Positions 54,716 through 64,000 of a stretch of 64,000 nt of DNA are shown here, in pieces (position 1 is the first letter of the stretch; each line of letters starts with the position of its first letter). Under the pieces are notes generated by a model. It did not search any database. It was not told where the DNA came from and worked only from the letters and a program-made list of their open reading frames with translations. The stretch lies in the NCBI RefSeq assembly GCF_050624435.1, contig NC_134541.1:125086480-125150479 (forward strand), in the 5' to 3' direction. This DNA comes from Tenrec ecaudatus. Lineage: Eukaryota. The position numbers and the translations under genes were made by a program.

Positions 54716-56559
54716 ACAATTGTCCATCCTCTGCAGTATGAGACCTCCTCCTTAGACAGGAAGCTGAGACCTCTGAGAACATCTCAGCCTGGCCAGATTG
54801 GCTCCGGAGCCTGCTCCCTGAGGACCGAAGACACTGCTCTCTGCATAATGGCTGCCGCGTGGTATATTCTGTTAATTATTAACCAGGCCCCGCTGCCGTG
54901 AACGATGCCACCGCAAATCATCTTGGACCTCTTTTAAGGGGGACACTTGTGCCTGGATGTGGACGGGCTTCTAGCAGAGCAGTGGCAGGGACAGGTTTGT
55001 GTCTGAGAATGCTAATACACCAAGCCGAGCTGCTCCTCCCACTGCCAGTGGCCCCTAGCTGACCGGAAGCTCCCAAGCTCCCGGTCAAGGTGGGAGGCAG
55101 GAAAATGGGCAGCTTGCTTTCTGCCAGGGTGCTGGGGGCAGGGCCCTCCTAGTTCCTGTCCAGTAGGTCTTCCTTACATTTGCCCTCGGCTTCTCAGTGC
55201 TTCCTTTCCAGCCAGCTGGGTCCTGGGAGCACTTGCCCAAGGCCAAGAGCAGGGAGCCCCCTGCCAGCCTGGTTCCTTCAGCCTTGACTGTTCCTAGTGC
55301 TACCCACTCACAGTGACATCACAAGTCTCTCAACCCAGCGGCATATGGGCAAGCTATAAAAAAGGAGGGAAGACGTAGAGGGGAGAGTGAGCGCCTGCCA
55401 CCCAAGCAGTATATGCCCTGGGCCCCACAAGGCACTGAGGACCCCAGGAAGGGCTTGGGAGCTCCCCTCTGTCTCCCAGGAGTGAGATCTGGAGGTTAGA
55501 CTGGTCCCTTCTCTCCTATGCCCAGTGATTGGACTCAGCTCCGCAGGAAGCCGTAAATCACAGACTCTATGTTGACAGGGTAGAGCCTGTCACCTCTTGG
55601 GGGGTTGGGGTTGAGAGTCAGGTTGGAGAGCAGGAGAAGTGTTTGTATCCTGGGGGCACTAGAGTTTAGTGGGGTTACATGTGCATTCTAGCTTTCTAGA
55701 TTTCAGCTCTGCTATGGACAGGAGTCACCGTTTGTTGTTGGATGCTGCTGCAATTAGGTTTATTGTGCCAACTGGGCCAATAGGAACATGTGGGCAGAGT
55801 TTAATGGGGTCAAAGCTTGATTGGAGGACAAGCAGATAAATAGCTTTCCAAGGCCCACCCCCTTCCCTCTTCCTCCCTGGTGATTGGATCAGTGCTGTCA
55901 CTTTGGCTCCTTCCCTGCCTCAATCTGTGAGCTACACTACCTGTGGGCCAAGCCAACCCGTGGATCATGTCTCTTGAGCTTGAGGCTGATTGATTCTTTG
56001 GCCATGAGTTGGAGATCGCCTTGGGCCTGCCTGACTAAGCTCCTGAACTACTGCCTGTTGCTGCCCCATCCTGCTGCCTGCGGGCAATCTCTGTCTGTCT
56101 CGCCTGAGGGAGGATTTCTCCATCTGCTTCCTTGACCTTGGACCAGGCAGCCCATGTGAGTCCATGGACTTCCATCATATTAACTGTTCGGAGAAAGTGA
56201 GTTAAACTGAGCCCTTTGTACTGCTGTGTGGACTAATTAGCTGCTACATTCCTTCTTGCTGTACAAACCTACCCTCTTATAGATATATAATCCTAGGTGT
56301 CCTGGTTTTGCTTCTCTAGAGAACCCTGCCCAACACGGATGCCATGAAGTCAGTTCCTATGCATGGGGACCCTGTGCACAACAGGACAGGACACTGACCG
56401 GCTACACCCTCCTCACCATTTTTCTTACATCTGGGCCCATTGTTGCAGCCACTGTGTCCTTCCATCTCATCGAGAGCTTCCCTCCTGTCTTGCTGTCCCT
56501 CCACTTTACCAAGCACGGTGTTCTTCTCCAGGAAACAGTCTCTCCCGACAGTATATATA

Positions 56560-57125
56560 TTGTCATATATATTGTGTTCATCTGGGTAGACTAGAGAAGC
56601 AAATCCATGGACACACATATGTGTCTAAGAAAGAGATTTATATACAAGAGGAATTGAACATTGAGAAAACATCCCAACCCAGTCCAGCCCAAGGCTATAA
56701 GTCTGATATTAGTCCATATGTCCGATACCAATCGATAAAGTCCTCTTCAGTCTCATGAAACACATGCAATGAAGCCAAATGCAGGATGATCACAAGCCAG
56801 TGGGTAAAAAGTCTTGGGTCCAGTGGCGTTGTAAGCATCTCAGCACTGCCAGGGGTCTCTCTGTGGGTTCTCCGGCTTCAGAGGTCTGGTTGCGTTCATG
56901 TGGCTTGTCTTCTGCAGTGTCTCCCAGGGAGTAGCAGAGACAGAGAGAGAGGTGTCTTCCTCCTCCAAGGAGGAAGTCACAAATTCCCCAGAATTCTCAG
57001 GAGAAGGCCATGCCCACATAGAAGTCTCATTGGCTATCTCTAGATTGGCAGCCTAGACTCTGCCCCTACACTCGTAAGCCTTCCATTGACACCAGATTAG
57101 GTGACTGCCACATATATTGCTCTTG
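56560..57125 (-). mobile_element. R-family interspersed repeat, copy 2 (reverse orientation)
   Basis: Its reverse complement aligns end to end with 63365-63900. The start corresponds to ...gtggcagtcacctaatctggtgtcaatggaaggcttacgagtgtaggggcagagtctag and the end to ...ctctagtctacccagatgaacacaat. Confidence 0.6.
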
Positions 57126-57624
57126 GCAGGGAAGACATCTCCTGCCGATGGGAATTCAGAGCACCAGACTCCTCCCATGCTGGACTCCACCACTGCCGCA
57201 CGGTCTCCAAGGCTGCCTGCGTCAGTGCCACCGGCAGAGCCTGGAGAACTGCACGTGGCAAGTGTTGATGGGCAGCATGTAGTCAGCAGGCCCGACCCCC
57301 ACTTGGATTCCATTGGCTACAACTCAGTCCCCAGCCATGTGCAAGGAGGTTGAAAACACAGACTTGTGTGTGGGCTTAGGGAGAAGGGAAAATAGATTTC
57401 ATAAACAGGTCCTCATCACACTGTGAGTTTGCTGCTTACAGCTGTTGCTTTATCTTTCAAAACGGGCCCTTAAACAGAACGCTCCCGGAGCAAGCTGCCC
57501 ATGGAAGGCCCTTTCCCTGCTCAGTGGGAATCGCAAAGCAAGGAGCCAAGCTCACCATGCACACAAAGATGTATGAGACCAAAGCACCTTGCAGGGTGTG
57601 GTCGTTACAGAATCTGTTCCCAAT

Positions 57625-58017
57625 TTGAGGCTATTAAGAGTGAAGGGGTGGAGTTTAGCCTGTCAATCAGGTTGCAGCTTGATGACCTCATTTGGAGGCG
57701 CCAAGGAGCTAAACAGCTTGCTGGAGGCGAAACACACACTCACTCCCTGTGAGGCATTCCTGTTGACAAGACACATGAAGCTACACTAGAGCCCTGGAGC
57801 TGAGAAGCCACGTGGAGACCCCTGCCAGTGCTGAGATGCTTCCACCACCACTGGACCCACAAGACCACCCACCCACTGGCCTGTGAGCTTCCTGCATTCA
57901 GCGTCATTGCCTGTGTTTCGTGAGACTGACAAGGACTTTATAGATTGGTATAGGACATATGAGTTAATATCAGACTTACAGACTTGATCTGGATTGGGCT
58001 GGGATGTTTTCTCTCTC
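57625..58017 (+). mobile_element. R-family interspersed repeat, copy 3, 5' part (interrupted at 58017 by a nested retroposon; resumes 58437-58552)
   Basis: It is homologous to 63400-63790 and breaks at ...ctgggctgggatgttttctc|tctcttttttttttt. Confidence 0.6.
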
Positions 58018-58436
58018 TTTTTTTTTTTTTGTAATTAATTCAAGGATCGTTTGTTGGCCTTTAGGAGTGTTTTCCAGTTCAGTCTGTTGGGGCACCACGC
58101 CCTGGCCCCAAAGTCCACTTTCAGCATTCCCTGGGGACCTTGCCACTCCATTCCCTTGCTGTTCCGCTGCACTCCCCCAGTGCTTTGCCTCAGTGTGGTG
58201 GGATCAGGTCAGGTGCAATTCCCACACTGTGTCTCCGGTGCTGTCCCCTGTAGCGCCCTTAGTCACTGAGGGGCATCATATCTCATAGTGGGGCCAGCCA
58301 TGTTGTTCTCTCTGTGGACTGGCTGCTCTACTCAGGAACATCATCCTCACGGCCTGGTGGGCCAGGCTGTGCTTCACTCTCTCCTCCTCCCCCTTCATCT
58401 GCTCCCGTGTGCTCTGATCAGATATGTCCCTCTCCT
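58018..58436 (-). mobile_element. Poly(A)-tailed retroposon (LINE 3' end or SINE; family unidentified) nested inside R-family copy 3, with 13-bp target-site duplication gggatgttttctc
   Basis: A T16 run at its low-coordinate end is a poly(A) tail on the minus strand. An identical gggatgttttctc sits at 57997-58009 and 58429-58441, flanking the insert. A second, 5'-truncated copy of the same element lies at 60769-60968. Confidence 0.65.
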
Positions 58437-58552
58437 GGAGCTGCGGAAGGGATGTTTTCTCAATATTCAATTGCTCTTGTATATAAAGCTCTTTCTTACA
58501 CACATATGAGTGTCTCTGTATTTGTTTCTCTAGTCTACCCGGACTAACGTAC
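58437..58552 (+). mobile_element. R-family copy 3, 3' part (after nested insertion)
   Basis: It reads tcaatattcaattgctcttgtatataaagctctttcttacacacatatgagtgtctctgtatttgtttctctagtctacccggactaac and matches the 3' end of the 63365-63900 copy. Confidence 0.6.
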
Positions 58553-59466
58553 AAGGGGGTTGCTGGATTGAGAGGCATCTTGCAAGGATAGACATGGGGA
58601 GGGGGTGGGGGTGGGGAGGGAGCCTAAGGCAAGGCAGACCCCATCCAGTAGAAGGAGGGCAACGAGAGAGGTTTTGTGGGAGTTTAGGTGGGAAGGACAT
58701 TCTGTTTATTCATGAAAGGAGGTGGAGAGTTCCGGGCTCTGAGCTCACATGGGTGGTGGGACCATAAATGGGAGTGCTAGCAACAGGTGTTCAATACGAG
58801 GACCGTCGCCAGGGTTTCCGGGTGAGGTGTCATCACTTATTATGGGATGGTGCCCAGGTGCTGGGCCAGAGGGCTGCAAACCGCAGCTTGAGAGCCGAGG
58901 GTGGCTCCTTTGATAGTTGTGCCTCTGAAGTAAAATGAAAATAAAACTAACAGTTTCATTTATTAAAAAATGTAAAGGGTAGTCTTCAGATCATGGCAAT
59001 TTCATTTGTTTGTAAACATGTAGTTTCTAACTAATTGAGGGACAGGTGGGCTCTGCCGCGTACAGGTCCTCGGGTTCCAGTTCTCTGTCCAGGTATTCTT
59101 TGCTCCTGGGTTCAGCTCGAGGTCCCGGGTTTCTGGCTTAGCTGCTGAGCTGGCAAATGCCAAGTGCTCCAAAGTGGGACTTGGTGGGGAAGAGGGGTCA
59201 GGGGGGCAGACACAAAAGCCCATATTATTCTTGCAAGGGTGCAAATGAGCTAGAAAATTACATCATCTGCTATAAAGGTCCCACGTTTAAAGTGAACTGG
59301 GAGTGGGTGTGATAAGGTCCCTAAGTGATGGCCTGGAGAAATCCTTTAAAGTCATCTGAACTTGAACTGGCGTGGGGGGTGGCAGAAGGCTTCAGCCTCT
59401 TTCCTGTCGCAAAAGCAATGAGTTAATGAGTTTGTTTGATATTCAACCCAAGAAAAACCCAGTGCT

Positions 59467-59478
59467 AGAGAGAGAGAA

Positions 59479-59509
<31 letters not shown>

Positions 59510-59524
59510 AAGAGAGAGAGAGAT
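59467..59524. repeat. (GA)n-rich microsatellite
   Basis: The tract is agagagagaaagagagagagagagaaagagagagagagagaaagagagagagagag. Confidence 0.85.
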
Positions 59525-60199
59525 GAACTTAAATCAGTGCGTCAAGGTCCTGATTGCATTTAAGGGCGATTAAGAGGCTTTCAAGGGTAATTTGGTAAAA
59601 AGTGGTTCTCCCCTGAGAGACCAGCTTGGAGTCTGGCTCCGTAAACAGAGCTCCACTGCTTCCAGCAAGCGGTAGTCTGTGTCCTCCCACTGGGCTGGAT
59701 TCTGTCTCTCCCACTGCCCGGTCGGTCAGGGCTGGTTTTCCCGCTTCTGTGGCTCTCCCAAACCTGGGGGGTAGATGCAGCAGGCAGCTGGGCTAGGTGA
59801 TACCTTGGTGTGTAGCCCCAAGGGGGGCTGGGGCTGGGTGAATCGAGAGAAGTGGGGTGGGGAGCTTGTGGGCGCAGAAAGAAGGCACGTGGGCGCCCGA
59901 TGCCATCTTGGTTAGAGCTGCGGCTGGGCGGGGGTGGCCCTCCTGCCCCATTTGCTTCTATTTCCTCCACCAGGTGTAGGATGAGGAGCGAGGAGGTGTG
60001 AATGGTTGTTTTGAAGGGGGAATCTCACACAAGATGGGCAGGGCAGCCTCTCTTGAAATTTGCTACCAGGCGTTTCAAACGCCATCTGTCAGCAAGGTGG
60101 GTGTTTCTCTGATTGCCACCAGCTGCTGGGGGTGGGGGGTGGTGATCTGGGGAAGTAGGGAGAAGGGGTGGGGTTGCCCACTGAGCATCCACAGAAGGG

Positions 60200-60340
60200 G
60201 GCCCTGGTGGGGAAGTGGCTCTATGTGGTTGGCAGTTTGAGACCACTCACAGCTGTCCCTCTCAGTAACCCAGAGTCCCTCCATGTCCCACAGGGTCATC
60301 AGGAGTCAGAGTGGGCTCAGGGGCAGCAAGTCTGCTGGTT
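60200..60340 (+). mobile_element. AfroSINE (internally deleted)
   Basis: It runs gggggccctggtggggaagtggctctatgtggttggcagtttgagaccactcacagctg...cccacagggtcatcaggagtcagagtgggctcaggggcagcaag. Confidence 0.6.
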
Positions 60341-60417
60341 TTATCGTGTGAAAGAAAAGGGGCAGGAGAATTAAGGGAGGTACCGACACAGAGTGTAATG
60401 ACACTGCTGGTGGATCG

Positions 60418-61085
60418 TCAACCTTCCTCTGGCCGTGACCCTTTCAGACAGTTCCTCATGTGGTGGTGACCCCCCAACCATAACATTATTTTCGTTGCTA
60501 CTTCATCACTGTCATTTTGTCACTGATGAATCGTCATGTGAATATCTGCTAGGCAGGATGTCTTTGCATCGTTACAAATTGAACATCATGAAAGTATCGT
60601 GATTCATCACAGAAACAACATGTAATTACATATTGTGAAATATTTATTTCTAATGACAGTAAATGAGTTTGTCTTGAAGCATGGTGCAGCATGGGTTGTT
60701 CATGTCGGGTACTCGTTGGTGGGCATATATGCAGGTGGGCGGGCCCGCATAGAGACCGATAGAGGAGCGGTGTCTTTTTTTTTTTTTAGTTCAAGGATTG
60801 TTTGTTGGCCTTTAGGAGTGTTTTCCAGTCCAGTCTGTTGGGGCACCACGCCCTGGCCCCAAAGTCCACCTTCAGCATTCCCTGGGGACCTTGCCGCTCT
60901 ATTCCCTTGCTGTTCTGCTGCACCCCCAGTGCTTTGCCTCGGTGTGGTGGGATCAGGTCGGGCGAGAAGCAGTGTCTTAAGCAGTTCCATCAGAAATATG
61001 TGTTTTCCAACCGTCTTAAGCGACCCCTGTGAAAGGGTCGTTCTACCCGCAAAGGGGTCGTGACCCACAGGTCGAGAACCACTGG
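60418..61085 (-). mobile_element. MITE-like TIR element, copy C (longer variant) carrying a nested poly(A) retroposon at 60769-60968
   Basis: The outer ends are homologous to the 63-253 and 32297-32484 copies (...gttcctcatgtggtggtgaccccccaacc... and cctgtgaaagggtcgttctacccgcaaaggggtcgtgacccacaggtcgagaaccactgg). The interior contains a tttttttttttttagttcaaggattgtttgttggcctttaggagtgttttccag... insert, the same family as 58018-58436. Confidence 0.55.
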
Positions 61086-63364
61086 TCTAATCTGCGTCAG
61101 GTTGCATAATAAAAGACAGGTGTGGTGGAGGGAGAGTGGCTGGGTTGGAAGGAAGAGGTCTCCATAGATGTTGCTCGGCTGAGAGAAACCTGAGCTGCGA
61201 AGAGGTACAGGGTGCAGAGTGACTTGAGTGAATGAAGGTGGGGGTGGAGTGGGTGGGGGGCAGCCCCGCTCCTGAGATACACTAGTCACACCTTTTGGCT
61301 GCTGGTAGATGGGCACACCACCTAGGGAGTCCCTGCCCCTGGGGAGGGAGGCAGCAGTAAAGGAGGTCTATTGGCCATGGCTGCCCCAAGGACTTGGCTT
61401 TGGGAAGACATCTGGGGACCGAGGACTTCTGGAACCCAGACAGGATTACTGTGATAATTCTGTTTCCTTTGGCTCAAGTTGGATTTGTGTTCCTGAGGGG
61501 CCCTGTACACAGCCCCCCACCAGGCTCAGGCACACTCTGCGATTGAAAGGGCTTTAGAAGAAGAATGTTGATCGTGGCTTACCAGCAAATAGCAATCCTT
61601 AAGAAGTAGGCTTTATTTAACCCCCCCCCAAAAAAAAAAAAGAAATCCAAAGAACAAGTGTGAACTTGGCTGAGCCGTGATTCAGGCTGGTTTGGCAGTT
61701 ACGTACTGATATACTTATCTCCCATGACATGATCTGCTGTGACCAGCCTGATCTGATGTAAGAAAGGGATTAGAATGGGGTACGACACCCCCTAATCAGA
61801 TGAGAGCCTTGATCTGGTGTTAGGGGACATGCCTTAGAGGTGTCCTGCGACACCTTTCATTTCAGAGCGGAGGAGGAGGGACCTACTACCACCAAGAAAT
61901 AAGAGTGGGGAGTAGATTCCGTCCTTCAGACCCAGGGTCCCCAAACTGGGAACCTCTGCTACCTGGGGGAAGATGGATGCCAAGACACGGGGAGCTTTCC
62001 GGGGACTGCCAGCCCCACAGCTGTTGAAAGGGCACCAGGACCATCCTCTGGGAGCAGACACAGAGGGATGCTTTTTCCAGAGCCAGCACTCTGCACTTGA
62101 ACTTCTCCTCAGAGCCCCCCAAACGGTGAGAGAAGGACCTGGTTCTTCGAGCCAACCCCGATGGTATTTGTAGGAGCGCAGAAGCCCTGGACTATTGAGA
62201 CTGAGACACGACACACCTCATGTGGGTGTTAGTCATGATAAGGTCTGAGGCTGCCAATAGGAACGGGGACAGGGACAGGAAGAAACAGACTACAGATTTG
62301 CTTCCGCCAAGCTTGCCTACCTGTTACCCATCCCCAGGGGCCCCAGGTCATAAACAACACCAACTTTTCACACCTGTTCTGCACCAGGAACCAGGTGAAG
62401 AACTTTTAATGAATCACCTTTCCTAAGGGGAAAAGTCTATGGGAGGCTAACCTGCCTCTTCTACAAACACTGAGCCAGAGCTCCCAAGTGCTTTCAACTG
62501 AGTCTTTGCCTCCACCAGCGCATCCTTGAGGGCAGCCGCTGGCCACACGGGTGCGACTCGACATAGACTCGCAGGAGAAGACCCGGGGTGTTAGGCCCCA
62601 GGAGAGGGACGGGAGTCAGACTTGACGAGAGAGTTACCACGGCATCTGCACCTTGCCCCCATCTCCACTCACAGGGAAAGGGGGTCAGATGAGTGGAATC
62701 AGGTGCTCTGGCCACACAGCGAGTGTGGGAAACTGAAAACCAGTCAGAGAGTGTGTTCAGCAAACGCCCAACGTTCATGTGTTCAGGAGTCGGGGAGACC
62801 AAGGCTCCCGTGGAGGAAACCTTCACCACGTTTGTGGGTTCGAAAGGCATCCCTCTCACATTCTTCTAAGTGAAAGTCGTCCCCCACGATGTGCCCCCCA
62901 ATATATGCCAAACCTAAGGTGCTGTTTGCAAACAGCAGGGCTGTACACTTGGAGGTCAACTGCTTGAAGGTGATCTGCCCAAAGGTTGTCAGTCATCTAA
63001 GGCAATCACACCCTATTGTCTGTCCCAGCCTAAGGAGGGCCACTCCCTTCAGGTAAGGATCACGGATGGTTCCCAGCAGGAGCTCAAAGACACCTCAGGT
63101 CAAGCCTACTCAGGGACGGCCAACGTCAGGCTGCCAGCTTGACTCTAGAGCCCACCTGTCTTGTTACCTACGTGTCTGTCACCTGTGTGCCTCCATAGCC
63201 TCCCTTCCTATTGCATGTACGCCCCCTGCTCATCCCCCTTCCTATAACGTGTGTGATTGCCTCAGATTACATGAACTCCTGAGATTACTCGCTCTCTCTG
63301 CCCTGGGCTGGCTCCTGAAGTCATGACTGCGAAGGTGAGGCCTTGCATGCTTTATCTTGTCTGA

Positions 63365-63900
63365 TGTATGTGGCAGTCCCCTAATCTGGTGTCAATGGAA
63401 GGATTCAGAGTGTAGGGGCGGAGTCTAGCCTGTCAATCTGGAGATAGCCTTCTGTGTGGGCGTGGCCTTCTGAGAATTCTGGGAAATCTGTGACTTCCTC
63501 CTTGGAGGTGGAAGACACCTCTCTCTCTCTGCTACTCCCTGGGAGACATTGCAGAAGACAAGCCACATGGACGCAACCAGACTCGGAAACTGGAGAAGCC
63601 ACAGAGAGACCCCTGCCAGCGCTGAGATGTTTCCAATGACACTGGATCCACAGACTTTCCACCCACTGGCCTGTGATCATCCTGCATTTGGCTTCATTGC
63701 ATGTGTTTTGTGAGTCTGAAGAGGACTTTATAGATTGGTATCGGACATATGGGATAATAGCAGACTTATGGCCTTGCACTGGACTGGGTTGGGATGTTTT
63801 CTCAATGTACAATTCCTCTTGTATATAAATCTCTTTCTTAGACACATGTGTGTCTCCATGCATTTGTTCCTCTATTCTACCCAGACTAACACAATGTCTC
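63365..63900 (+). mobile_element. R-family interspersed repeat, copy 4
   Basis: The copy runs tgtggcagtcccctaatctggtgtcaatggaaggattcagagtgtaggggcggagtctagcctgtcaatctggagatagcc...ctctattctacccagactaacacaat. Confidence 0.6.
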
Positions 63901-64000
63901 TTTCATTTTCCTCCTCAGTTACACGGCCACCCCTTGGGCCCATTCGGTCGTGGGGAGGCTGGACCCCGACAAGTGAGTAAACCCAAGCTTTTCCCTACAC

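Noticed and set aside
52600-64000. Looked on the minus strand for the 3' exons of the next syntenic gene (MVP in human) and for any other coding exon.
   Set aside because: Only repeat-derived sequence and short chance ORFs were found. No splice-bounded, protein-like segments were found. The neighbouring gene, if present, starts beyond the window.

Overview
This window is mammalian nuclear DNA, not a prokaryotic locus. It is GC-rich and intron-containing, with CpG-island promoters and AATAAA signals. Tandem microsatellites are frequent, and tRNA-derived AfroSINE copies and an RTE-type LINE fragment mark it as an afrotherian genome (elephant, manatee, hyrax or tenrec type). The coding content is the ortholog of the human 16p11.2 core interval. 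Four protein-coding genes can be reconstructed exon by exon from the sequence:

- **KCTD13** (+ strand, 6 coding exons, 2116-18624, 329 aa).
- **ASPHD1** (- strand, 3 coding exons, 22415-19455, convergent with KCTD13).
- **SEZ6L2** (+ strand, 18 coding exons, 24236-43201, 924 aa, CUB/sushi modular protein), head-to-head with ASPHD1 across a shared CpG island.
- **CDIPT** (+ strand, 6 coding exons, 49742-52014, 213 aa).

The last ~12 kb (52.6-64 kb) is repeat-rich intergenic DNA with no recognisable coding sequence. The supplied ORF track evidently uses bacterial start rules (GTG/TTG printed as M) and is almost entirely spurious here. Its real coding signal sits in fragments that read through splice sites.

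I found no CRISPR array, RNA gene, operon or defence-type system. The window holds none; the findings instead concern gene arrangement and repeat structure.
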